Assembly (NCBI GenBank): GCA_963827165.1
Contig: CAWGZR010000005.1
Location: forward strand, 512,001 to 576,000
Length of the DNA stretch: 64,000 nucleotides
From: Candidatus Bathyarchaeota archaeon
GTDB taxonomy: Archaea > Thermoproteota > Bathyarchaeia > Bathyarchaeales > Bathycorpusculaceae
Reading direction: 5' to 3'
Numbering within the stretch: position 1 is the first letter of the stretch; each line of letters opens with the position of its first letter. Position numbers and translations under genes: made by a program. Positions 50,645 to 59,324 of this stretch are shown piece after piece. Under the pieces are notes generated by a model. That model was not told the origin of the DNA. It did no database searches and saw only the letters and a program-made list of their open reading frames with translations.

Positions 50645-51745
50645 TTATGCTGGTTTAATTGCGGGTTGCTGGGGTGGGTTATTGCTGGCTTCTTTGGGGC
50701 TAGGGGCTAGCAGTTTCTTGGCTCCATAGGCTTGGATGATGATGTAACCTATTACGAGTGGAGCCCAGAAAGTTACGCTTCTCACGAGGGCAGCCGTGAC
50801 TGCGCTTAAGGCTGGATTCAACCCGTACAGTACAAAGATTGTGGCGAGAAGTATTTCTAGGGTTCCTACCGAGAAGCTGGCTGCCACGTCTGTTAGGGAT
50901 CCTGCTATGAAGTAAACGATGATGAAGAAGGCGAAAGGTTCGCCGCGCAAGCCTAGAGCGAAGAAGACAAGAATGTACTGTGAAAGATTGAAGAGCCAAG
51001 ATATCGTAAGGTAAACAAAGGGTATAATCAAATATTTGGGATTATCGCGGAATGTTTTGAATCCTGAATAGAAAGCTGTGAGGCTCTTCTTGGTTTCAGG
51101 CGACAGGTCACTTGAACGATACTTGCCAGGTCGCACGACCCTAAGTATCTTCAGCCCCAGAGACGCGATTCTCTGGGATGATTTCTGACTTAGCGCAAGA
51201 TACATAAGGATTGCCAGATAAGCGGTGGCGCCAATTATGATGAAGATAAATACTGTTACCACGACAGGTGGAACATTGGATTTCAAAAACAGTATTGCAG
51301 CGCTTGAGAAAAGCCCTGTTACCACGATAATGTATGCTATTATGCGGTTCGTAATTCCTCCGGCCGCCACGGTTCCATAGTCATAGTCTGTTTCTTTATG
51401 CACCAAATAAAGCCTCGTTAGTTCTCCGCAGACGGTTTCGCAGGGCACGACAAGGTCAACGAAATAACCCGTCCAATAGTACATGAAAGCGCTTTTCACG
51501 CTGATCTTGACGTTGAGCGTGTGTAGCACGTTTCTCCATGATAAGAGCCAAAAGAAATTGCCAAGCAGAACCGTGCCTATTGCCAAAGCATAGAAAAACG
51601 CGTATTGCATCGGGTTAACTCCCTGTAGGACGACTGCTATGTTCTTGAAGCCTGCGAAGAAGTAAAGATACAGTACGAAAACAGCAAGTCCTATGAACAT
51701 GAAGAAGAAAGCTTTACGCGTCTGAAAATATTTAGCAACCGACAA
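50645..51745 (-). CDS. Lysylphosphatidylglycerol synthase TM / flippase-like domain protein
   Basis: Multi-TM protein with W...L, P...GE..R, G..E and L.R...FW patterns. Confidence 0.8.
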   Translation of the reverse strand: MSVAKYFQTRKAFFFMFIGLAVFVLYLYFFAGFKNIAVVLQGVNPMQYAFFYALAIGTVLLGNFFWLLSWRNVLHTLNVKISVKSAFMYYWTGYFVDLVVPCETVCGELTRLYLVHKETDYDYGTVAAGGITNRIIAYIIVVTGLFSSAAILFLKSNVPPVVVTVFIFIIIGATAYLAILMYLALSQKSSQRIASLGLKILRVVRPGKYRSSDLSPETKKSLTAFYSGFKTFRDNPKYLIIPFVYLTISWLFNLSQYILVFFALGLRGEPFAFFIIVYFIAGSLTDVAASFSVGTLEILLATIFVLYGLNPALSAVTAALVRSVTFWAPLVIGYIIIQAYGAKKLLAPSPKEASNNPPQQPAIKPA

Positions 51746-51850
51746 AACCGCTGTCCCATTATAATTCTGAATAAAGGGTTACTTTACTGTTACGCACAAT
51801 TCTCACGAAAGACAACATGCCTAAGGCGCTAGCGGATTCTCGCTCTTTTG

Positions 51851-52822
51851 TTAGCTTTCTTGCTTTTTGTTTAATCTATCAATTAGCGCGCTAATCATTA
51901 TCGGCATTAGCACTGTGGCGTCGCCTTCGACCATTATGCGCCTTGCTTTTTCACTGATTTTTCCCCATGAGACTGCTTCGCGCGGTCTTGCTCCGCTTAA
52001 GCTGCCGTCCCACTCCACTGCCGTACTAATGTAAACAACATAGTCTAAGCCGTCTTTGAATTGGTTCCACCATATTGTGTGGTGCTTGCTTATGCCGCCG
52101 CCAACGATGAATGCGCCGCTTTTCTTAGCGTCAAAAATTATATTGTTGAGGTCTCCTTCGTCTTTGAGAAGGTTAATTCTGAAGTCATGGTGGTCTTGGC
52201 TAAAGAACCATAGTTGATAGCCTACTGCGCCATCTGTTATTCCTGGGACGTAAATTGGAATGTTGTTTTTGGCTGCCCAATAGAGTATTGAGGTTTCGTT
52301 GCAGCAGCGTAACCCGATCTCGCGTGCGAGTTCGCTGGTTGAAAGTTCCCGTTTGCCTTCCGTGTAGAGTTCCTGTAGGAGAATTTGGATTTTCTGCTCT
52401 ATAATTATTCCGTAGCTGTCGTTTGGCACCAGAACATTTCCAAGGCGGTTTAAGCCTTCTCGATGAAGTTTGGAATCGTTCATTATGAAGCTGCCTTTGT
52501 AGTAGTCTTTCCAGCATCGTGCGACGTCATGGTCCAACGTGCCGCAGGTTGTTATCACCACATCGACTAGTTTGCGTTTGACAAGCTCTTTGATTATCCC
52601 TCGAGTGCCAGTGGCGACTATATCGGCTGGGAACGAGAGAAATTTTACGCAGCCCTTGGTTTTAACCATGGATTCTAAGATGGTTACGCCCGTAGCAAGT
52701 TTACCAGCGGTAAAACCCCATGCTTCCTCCATTTGTTGGACAAGCATATCAACAGACATTTCTGGGGTTAATTCGTGGTCTTTTACTGGCTCTTCATGTG
52801 GTTTGTGGGCTTTTTCGGGCAT
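51851..52822 (-). CDS. dys: Deoxyhypusine synthase (canonical-type, paralog B)
   Basis: ITTCGTLDHD, NRLGN, GGGISKHH and DGSLSGARPREAVSWGKI motifs. Confidence 0.9.
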   Translation of the reverse strand: MPEKAHKPHEEPVKDHELTPEMSVDMLVQQMEEAWGFTAGKLATGVTILESMVKTKGCVKFLSFPADIVATGTRGIIKELVKRKLVDVVITTCGTLDHDVARCWKDYYKGSFIMNDSKLHREGLNRLGNVLVPNDSYGIIIEQKIQILLQELYTEGKRELSTSELAREIGLRCCNETSILYWAAKNNIPIYVPGITDGAVGYQLWFFSQDHHDFRINLLKDEGDLNNIIFDAKKSGAFIVGGGISKHHTIWWNQFKDGLDYVVYISTAVEWDGSLSGARPREAVSWGKISEKARRIMVEGDATVLMPIMISALIDRLNKKQES

Positions 52823-52886
52823 AAAATAATCTCTCCATGCAGTGGAATAGGGCGCGACAAAATAAATATGTGTCTAGCCCTTTGGT

Positions 52887-53765
52887 CTATTCTGATAAGT
52901 AATTGATGATTCTTTGGTAAATATCGCGGTCGGATGAGTCTTCGTAACCTGCGTAGATGCTGGGGTTGTCGTTCACTTCAACTACAACATAGTCGCCGTT
53001 GACTTCCTTGATATCCACACCATAGAGCCCTTTCCCAACCACGCTACAAGCTTTCAAAGCCACTTCTCTAAGCCTTGTGGGCATTTCCTGTTTTCTGGAG
53101 CTGACTGTTCTGCCCCAGATTACAGTGGGTTTTCCCCGCAGTTTGGCGCCGTGCTTCCACTTGCCCTTTGGAATCATATACTTGCATACATACAATACAT
53201 CGTTGTTTAAGACGCCGACTCTCCAGTCAAAAGCGGTAGGCGTAAACTTTTGGATAGCTAAGACATCTGATTTTCGGAAAAAACGTTTGGCAACATCCCG
53301 AAAGCTGGTTTCGCATGCGGCTTTCTCAACGTAACGTGAGAAACTCGTGTAAGGCGCTTTTATAACGACGGGTTTTCCAAGGGCATCGAATATCTCGCTG
53401 ATTTTTTTATGGTGTAACTCGTCCTTGCTGAGAAACATCGTCGGTATCCGCGGGACGTTGTATTTTTCAAAAAGGGCGTACTGATGGATTTTGTTGCCGC
53501 AGATAGTTATCGATTCAGGGTCGTCAATAACTTTCAATCCAAGTTCCCAAGCGGTTTTGGAAACCACGTAGGCGGTGTTCAGGGGATCAGTTGTTGCCCT
53601 TATCAAGACGGCGTCGTATTTTGGGACATCTGATATGTCTTCGCGGAATAGGAAGTGGAATTCGCCGCCCTGCTTTTCAGTGGCTGCCTTGAATTTTTGG
53701 AGTGCGCCTTCCTCCCTTGGATCCGTAAAATTATATTTCTCAACAAAACATGCGATTTTAGACAC
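52887..53765 (-). CDS. RimK-family ATP-grasp ligase
   Basis: CGNK, PVVIKAP..SFS, FDWRVGVL and YGVDIKE...VVEVNDNPSI motifs. Confidence 0.88.
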   Translation of the reverse strand: MSKIACFVEKYNFTDPREEGALQKFKAATEKQGGEFHFLFREDISDVPKYDAVLIRATTDPLNTAYVVSKTAWELGLKVIDDPESITICGNKIHQYALFEKYNVPRIPTMFLSKDELHHKKISEIFDALGKPVVIKAPYTSFSRYVEKAACETSFRDVAKRFFRKSDVLAIQKFTPTAFDWRVGVLNNDVLYVCKYMIPKGKWKHGAKLRGKPTVIWGRTVSSRKQEMPTRLREVALKACSVVGKGLYGVDIKEVNGDYVVVEVNDNPSIYAGYEDSSDRDIYQRIINYLSE

Positions 53766-54459
53766 CGAAGGGTTCACCCTGCTCAGAAATGAGCGAGACC
53801 TCTTTGGATATAATCTTCAAATCTTGTTCGGAAAGCTCCTCTCTATTTACGGGTTGCAGTCCACTAAGATAAGCTTTGTCAACAGTTTTTTGTATGTACA
53901 ATTTGCAGATTGGTATCCCAAAGATCTTGTAGACTTTTTCCGCGATTTTCTCCGTTTCTGGATCTTCGTTAATCGTTTTTCCAAAATAAGCTTTAACCGC
54001 GGAAAGTTCCCCTTTAAGAGGTTGCGCGCATACGGCGAATTTGTAGTTCATGCCTAAGCTTTTCATGGCGCGGTAGAGGGCGCTTTTGTTGTTGGCTACT
54101 TTAAAGCCACCGTAAATGAATGGGTTAACCGCGAAAACCAAAACTGGAAAGCCGAGTTCATTGATTATTTTCTTTACCGAGTCGGTGACAACGACAGGCA
54201 AGGTCGGCACACCCGATTTTGCTGCTCTTAGAAGAAAAACCGGGGTTCTGCTTGAGTCAATGATGTTTTCGCATGATGGAATAACGCGGCTGCCAAGAAC
54301 TTCCGCATGCATGGAAACGTAGTAACCTGTTTTGAGGTAGCGGTATTCATTGTTAATGTTCAGTGTAGATTCTTTGATTGTGGAGTCTAAAAACGTTCCA
54401 GGCTTCATTACCTGCAGATTAGTGGTTAGGTCGATGTTTGAGACGACCAACACGGTCAT
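53758..54459 (-). CDS. RimK-like ATP-grasp N-terminal (RLAN) domain protein
   Basis: Y.Y...GYYVSMHAE..G..VIPS signature. It overlaps the start of the RimK gene. Confidence 0.75.
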   Translation of the reverse strand: MTVLVVSNIDLTTNLQVMKPGTFLDSTIKESTLNINNEYRYLKTGYYVSMHAEVLGSRVIPSCENIIDSSRTPVFLLRAAKSGVPTLPVVVTDSVKKIINELGFPVLVFAVNPFIYGGFKVANNKSALYRAMKSLGMNYKFAVCAQPLKGELSAVKAYFGKTINEDPETEKIAEKVYKIFGIPICKLYIQKTVDKAYLSGLQPVNREELSEQDLKIISKEVSLISEQGEPFGV

Positions 54460-54562
54460 GGTACACCAGGTTAATCAAAAGGCGTTATCAGTGCAGTTAT
54501 ATTTAAGATTAACTACCGCTATATTCGCATTCCAAGTTAACGCTAAATAAAAAGAGGCATAG

Positions 54563-55753
54563 CTAACGTATAAACCCCTTGAAGTCTTCGGACCCGAACA
54601 CGAATTAGCGCTTGTAGACCAAGAACTCAAACCGCTTTCAATCTCTGATAAGATAATCAAAGATTGTTGCGGAAAAGTCGTCAACTTTGTCGAAATGCCC
54701 ACTTTCACATTTGGAAAAGAGCTGCAGATGCATGTTATGGAGCTCAAAGCCAATTCTCCATTCAAATCCCCAGTCGAATTTGAAGAAACAATGCAAAACT
54801 CGGTTTTAGATCTTAGCAAAATAGTGGAGAAGCACGGCGCAAAACTTCTTGGAACAGGGATGCATCCCCTACTAAAACTAGACGAAACCGCCGTTTGGCC
54901 TCATTACCACCGAAAAATCTATCATGAATTCGCCAAAATATTTAACCTAAACCAACATGGTTGGCTCAATATCCAAAGCTTCCATCTGAACCTCCCATAC
55001 CAAAAAGAAGCAGACGGCATCCAAACGCACAATCTCCTCGCAAACCTGTGCGCTTATCTTCCAGCAATCGCCGCTTCCTCCCCAATTTACGAAGGCAAAG
55101 CAGGAGCCGATAAAGACAATCGGCTGCGGTTTTACAAAGTGAACCAAAAGGAAATTCCCTCGATAACAGCTGATGTAGTTCCCGAGTACGCTACCTCATT
55201 TGGCAGATACAAGCGTGACGTAATCGTGCAATACTCTGAGGATTTAGCCAGAGCCGGCGCTGAAAAAACGATTTTGTGGCGCGAGTGGGTTAACTCACGG
55301 GGGGTAATTTTCCGTTTTGATCGTTCAGCTATAGAAGTGCGCGTGATGGATGAGCAGGAATGCATTAAATCCGATGTCGCGTTGAGCTGCTTCATCCGTG
55401 CCGCGCTCAAAGGTTTAGTCGCTGAGAAGGCCGAGCTTTTGCCGCATGAAGTGCTCGTTCACGATTTTAACGCAGTGGTCAAGGGGGGGTTAAACGCACA
55501 AGTCATGAATCCGCATGGGAAAACAGCTCGGCATGTTTGTCGAACTTTCCTTGACTTAGCAAAAGAATATGCCGACGCCGATGAAAAAAGTTACTTGTGG
55601 CTCATAGAGAAGAGGCTAGAAACTGGCAGCTTGTCCGAAGTCATATTGGACAGAGTTATGCGCCGTGCTGAAAAAACAAGTTTTCATGAGGCAATCGTAA
55701 ATGTCTATTCAACACTTATTAAATGCTTATCCAGTAATGAACCCTACCTCTAA
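54563..55753 (+). CDS. Glutamate--cysteine ligase family 2 (GCS2 / carboxylate-amine ligase)
   Basis: The frame is open from 54563: LTYKPLEVFGPEHE..., KELQMHVMEL, GMHP, SFHLN, SSP, NSRG and IEVRVMDEQE. No canonical start lies before GPEHE. Confidence 0.85.
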   Translation, partial: LTYKPLEVFGPEHELALVDQELKPLSISDKIIKDCCGKVVNFVEMPTFTFGKELQMHVMELKANSPFKSPVEFEETMQNSVLDLSKIVEKHGAKLLGTGMHPLLKLDETAVWPHYHRKIYHEFAKIFNLNQHGWLNIQSFHLNLPYQKEADGIQTHNLLANLCAYLPAIAASSPIYEGKAGADKDNRLRFYKVNQKEIPSITADVVPEYATSFGRYKRDVIVQYSEDLARAGAEKTILWREWVNSRGVIFRFDRSAIEVRVMDEQECIKSDVALSCFIRAALKGLVAEKAELLPHEVLVHDFNAVVKGGLNAQVMNPHGKTARHVCRTFLDLAKEYADADEKSYLWLIEKRLETGSLSEVILDRVMRRAEKTSFHEAIVNVYSTLIKCLSSNEPYL

Positions 55754-55769
55754 AAAGGCGGTATAACTA

Positions 55770-56315
55770 ATGCTTGAAAAAGACAACGGAGTAACCTATT
55801 CATTTGATGTCTGTAGTCATTGCGCGACTATCTGTTGCCAAGATGCCAAACCGCCGCTGAGTGAAAAACGGAAAAAAACCATAAGGGAAAACATGGCGAG
55901 ACAGAAAATCATCATCAAAGAACCCTTCGCGAAAGAAAGCTATTCTTACCCTTCTGTCGACGAGCTTCTTTACTGTGGTTTTTTTAATAAGAAAACAGGC
56001 AAATGCGTGGTGCACTCAGTTAAGCCTGAAACATGTGTTGCTGGTCCAATCACTTTTGACATCAATTTTTACACAAAAAAAATCGAGTGGTTTCTGAAAA
56101 AGGGCGAAATCTGTGCTTATGCAGCAACCCTCTACGCTGACAAAGAGGCTTTTAAGAAACATTTCAAAATAGCCAAGGAACAGATAACCCAGTTGGTCAG
56201 AGAACTCGACCCAGAAGAACTGAGGGCAATCGTAAAAATTGACGAGCCCAATACGTTCAAAATCGGAGAAAACAATCTTCCTTTAGAAACCCAAAGAAAA
56301 CTCAAATTAAAGTGA
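55770..56315 (+). CDS. YkgJ-family (CxxCxxxCC) Cys-cluster protein
   Basis: CSHCATICC...CGFF...C.VH..KPETC..GP. Confidence 0.85.
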   Translation: MLEKDNGVTYSFDVCSHCATICCQDAKPPLSEKRKKTIRENMARQKIIIKEPFAKESYSYPSVDELLYCGFFNKKTGKCVVHSVKPETCVAGPITFDINFYTKKIEWFLKKGEICAYAATLYADKEAFKKHFKIAKEQITQLVRELDPEELRAIVKIDEPNTFKIGENNLPLETQRKLKLK

Positions 56316-56401
56316 TTTTGAACAAAACGTCACCCTTCGCCTTCTTTTGCTTGAAGCAATCAAGTTTAGTTTCTTGATTCGACTGGTTTTCTCTATCTAC
56401 T

Positions 56402-57046
56402 TCAATGGGGGCAACTTTTGACCCATGTGCTTTGCCTCAGAAATCGGTTTGCGGTTGTCGTCCTCCCACCCTTGAGAAGTTGCTCTAAATCCCTCTCAGA
56501 GTCTATGTCTAGCATAACATTTGAAGAAACATAGATTTTGGCTTGGACATGCTTGGCTAACGCTTTGTTAATGTGTTTTTTGAAGCTGCCGGGTCCGAAG
56601 GAGGGCGAAACGATTCCCGGCGGCGTTTGTAGTAACGCGTTGGTTCCGCCGTTCTGCGACGGAGAAATAACCATCGTATTATTCTGCGCCATCTTTACTA
56701 TGTTGTTAATGTCTGTTGAAGTTATAAGCGGGACATCCGCAGGCAAAACCAAAACCCGCTCCGCATTATTCAGAATGCACCATTTTGTCGCCTGGTTGAG
56801 CGCTTGGTTTAGGCCTTTCTGGTTTTCATTGATGAAAGTCATGCCGAAACTCTTAACTAATTCCTCGACTGTCGAATCGGAGCTTACAATTATGAAACTG
56901 TTAACTTTGGAAGATTTCAAAGCAGTCAAAACATCTTCAAGCATAGCCAGCGTAAAAAGAGGGCGCTCTTGCATAGAAAAGAAATTGGAGAGCCTCGTCT
57001 TAGATTTCAGAAGGGTCTTTACAGGCACCACAGCGAAGGTAGACAT
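56402..57046 (-). CDS. cofC: 2-phospho-L-lactate/PEP guanylyltransferase CofC
   Basis: VVPVK...SKTRLS, GLN.A, ADVP, GGTNAL, FGPGSF..H and DID motifs. Confidence 0.92.
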   Translation of the reverse strand: MSTFAVVPVKTLLKSKTRLSNFFSMQERPLFTLAMLEDVLTALKSSKVNSFIIVSSDSTVEELVKSFGMTFINENQKGLNQALNQATKWCILNNAERVLVLPADVPLITSTDINNIVKMAQNNTMVISPSQNGGTNALLQTPPGIVSPSFGPGSFKKHINKALAKHVQAKIYVSSNVMLDIDSERDLEQLLKGGRTTTANRFLRQSTWVKSCPH

Positions 57047-57178
57047 ATCTAAACCAACTTAGGTTTCAAACACTATTAAGTTAATCTCAAATAATTGACG
57101 TTTAACTGTTTTAAAATTATGCCTTCCAACTCCACAGCCGCTCAAACCTGCACGCCAAGAAATCAAGTGATGAAGCTG

Positions 57179-57520
57179 CTATGCTCCAAAATCGAGCAAC
57201 CCTGCATCCTTCAACTTTAAAGCTAAAACAACGTTGCCGCTTAGATGGATTTTCCCGCCGAAAAAAGCCTGCGTCGTCTTTAACTTTCCGTTTACTAAAT
57301 CCATGAAATCTGTATCGGCGACTGTCAGCGTCAAGGTTGGCGAGGAATGTTTTCCTTCCGTGACTTTTAGAGTTTGATTTTTCAAGGTAAGTACCCAGTT
57401 GCCCCCATTTGGTCCCGTTAAGTTCAATTGGGCGGTTATGTCAAAGTCCGCTGCTTTTTCAGGTTTGAATTTACAAGGGAGTACTTCCTCTAAGAACTGC
57501 TTTGGTGTTTTAGCTTCCAT
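57179..57520 (-). CDS. SCP2 sterol-carrier domain protein
   Basis: G..GG.W, DF..L..GKL....AF..GKI...GN...ALKL pattern. Confidence 0.85.
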   Translation of the reverse strand: MEAKTPKQFLEEVLPCKFKPEKAADFDITAQLNLTGPNGGNWVLTLKNQTLKVTEGKHSSPTLTLTVADTDFMDLVNGKLKTTQAFFGGKIHLSGNVVLALKLKDAGLLDFGA

Positions 57521-57544
57521 TACGTTTCAAGCTCAGTTTTTTGG

Positions 57545-58303
57545 TTACCTGAATAGGTCCTTTTCTTTTGGTCTTGTAAGGTCGACGGTTGATGTATCTT
57601 CCGCAGTTTGATAATTGTAGCCCCTGATGATGGCTGCTGGAATCCCCTCATTAGCTTGTCCAATCACAAGCTCAGCAGCTGAAGACAATTCGTCAGCTAC
57701 AGCTGTCTGTTTTATTCTAAGAACGTACCCAAAAAGGTCTTTTTCACCCCGTCTATCCCTAATCGGTTTGAATCCAGCCACTCCTACCGCCACGTTTATT
57801 TCACCCAGACGAAACGGTCTTCCATGTGTGTCGGAAATAATTACAGCAACATCCACGCCAGTTAGCCGTTTTATCTCTTTTCTAATATTCTGCGCTGAAA
57901 CGTTCGGTTTCTTCGGCAGCGGCACAACGTTTCTGTCTCCGGAAACGTTTGATCGGTCGACTCCAGCGTTAGCGCAGATTATGCCGCTATTAGTCTCTAC
58001 AATTATGCTGTTTTTGCTTAGTCTAACGATTTCTTTTGTTTCTTGAAGGACAACTTCGACCAAAGCTGGGTCTTTGCCAGTTGTCGACGCAATCTCTTTT
58101 GCATGCTGCGACGGGACAACATGGTCGAGGTCGATTATGTTTCCCTCAGCTTTAGAAACAACCACGTGAGTTACGACAATAACGTCTTTTTCCTGTATGG
58201 GCGTTTTCTGTTTTTCAGCGGCTTGTACAATTAGTTGCCCCAGATTGTCTCCTTTTTTTATCAACGGGAGATTTTCAACGGCGATTACTTTCACAGGTTC
58301 CAT
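57545..58303 (-). CDS. cofE: Coenzyme F420-0:L-glutamate ligase CofE
   Basis: VVSKAEG, ANAGVDRSN, SDTHGRPFR, DLFG and ADEL motifs. Confidence 0.94.
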   Translation of the reverse strand: MEPVKVIAVENLPLIKKGDNLGQLIVQAAEKQKTPIQEKDVIVVTHVVVSKAEGNIIDLDHVVPSQHAKEIASTTGKDPALVEVVLQETKEIVRLSKNSIIVETNSGIICANAGVDRSNVSGDRNVVPLPKKPNVSAQNIRKEIKRLTGVDVAVIISDTHGRPFRLGEINVAVGVAGFKPIRDRRGEKDLFGYVLRIKQTAVADELSSAAELVIGQANEGIPAAIIRGYNYQTAEDTSTVDLTRPKEKDLFR

Positions 58304-58447
58304 GCAGTCTTCATCCTGTCTTTAAAGGCTAATACTACAAGAACTAACAGATTAAAAGGTTATCTTGAGCAACTTAGAAAACTTTGAGAAAAATATTTGC
58401 AAACAAAAAAGGTAAAGAATAATAAAAGAGGAAAAGAAGCTGGTTTT

Positions 58448-59173
58448 TTAGCTTCTAAACTTCTGCAGTTTTCGCAACATTTCTTTGTCGCCTTCAGCGT
58501 CTCCGGCGCATGTTGCGATTATGCCGTCAACCAATCCGTTGAGTTTCGCCGCTTTTTCTTCAACTGTTTCCATGGTTGCTGCGGTTGGCCACCCGATCAT
58601 TTTGACGGTTTCTACGTTTTTGGCGGTTCCAACTAGGAAGTATGCGAAGAGTGGCTTGTTGAGTTTTTTGCATTCGGCAGATACTGCTTTGAGTGCGGGG
58701 AATGATTCATCAGTTAGCCTCATGAAGTACACGAAGTCCCATGGTTCACGTACTCGTTCGAGAGTTTCTTCTATTGAGCGTCTTGCTGTCAGTAAGCAAC
58801 CGAGTTTTAGGTTTTTGGTTTTGACATCTTTTCGTATGAAGTCTCTTGCCACTTCAGATGATGCCAGCATGGTTATGGGTTGACCAAACTTGGGGTTGTC
58901 TCCCATGGTGACTGCTAATCCGTCTAGCCCGACTATGTCTGATGCTAAAGCTAAGCCTCCCACTTCAACTGGGCCTTTGTACTTTAATATGAAAATGGGG
59001 CAGACGTATTTTTCTGGGTACTTGTATTTGAGTAAGCAGCTTACAACAACACCGCTTGGAGCTGGAAAACCAGCCGCGCCGTCAGTTACGTTCCAGCCAT
59101 CGACTAGGTCTTTGAGTTCATCTGCAAGCTTCAAAAATTTACGTGTTGGGACAAATTCATTTAGTATTTTCAT
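58448..59173 (-). CDS. Divergent methylenetetrahydrofolate reductase (MetF)-like flavoprotein
   Basis: N-terminal EFVP, NVTD..AG and GLDGLAVTMGD.P..G resemble the MTHFR barrel. It is short (241 aa). Confidence 0.55.
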   Translation of the reverse strand: MKILNEFVPTRKFLKLADELKDLVDGWNVTDGAAGFPAPSGVVVSCLLKYKYPEKYVCPIFILKYKGPVEVGGLALASDIVGLDGLAVTMGDNPKFGQPITMLASSEVARDFIRKDVKTKNLKLGCLLTARRSIEETLERVREPWDFVYFMRLTDESFPALKAVSAECKKLNKPLFAYFLVGTAKNVETVKMIGWPTAATMETVEEKAAKLNGLVDGIIATCAGDAEGDKEMLRKLQKFRS

Positions 59174-59324
59174 CGAGATTTCATCTCGAGCTAAAGGCTA
59201 AATGGGTTAGCATTAAAAAATCTTTTGCATGCCCAAAAGAATGGCAATATATGGAATTATCATTTAGCGGCTCAGGTAAGACATGTTGAATTAGCATCCG
59301 TCTTATGGCGGTTTTTGTCGGCCT

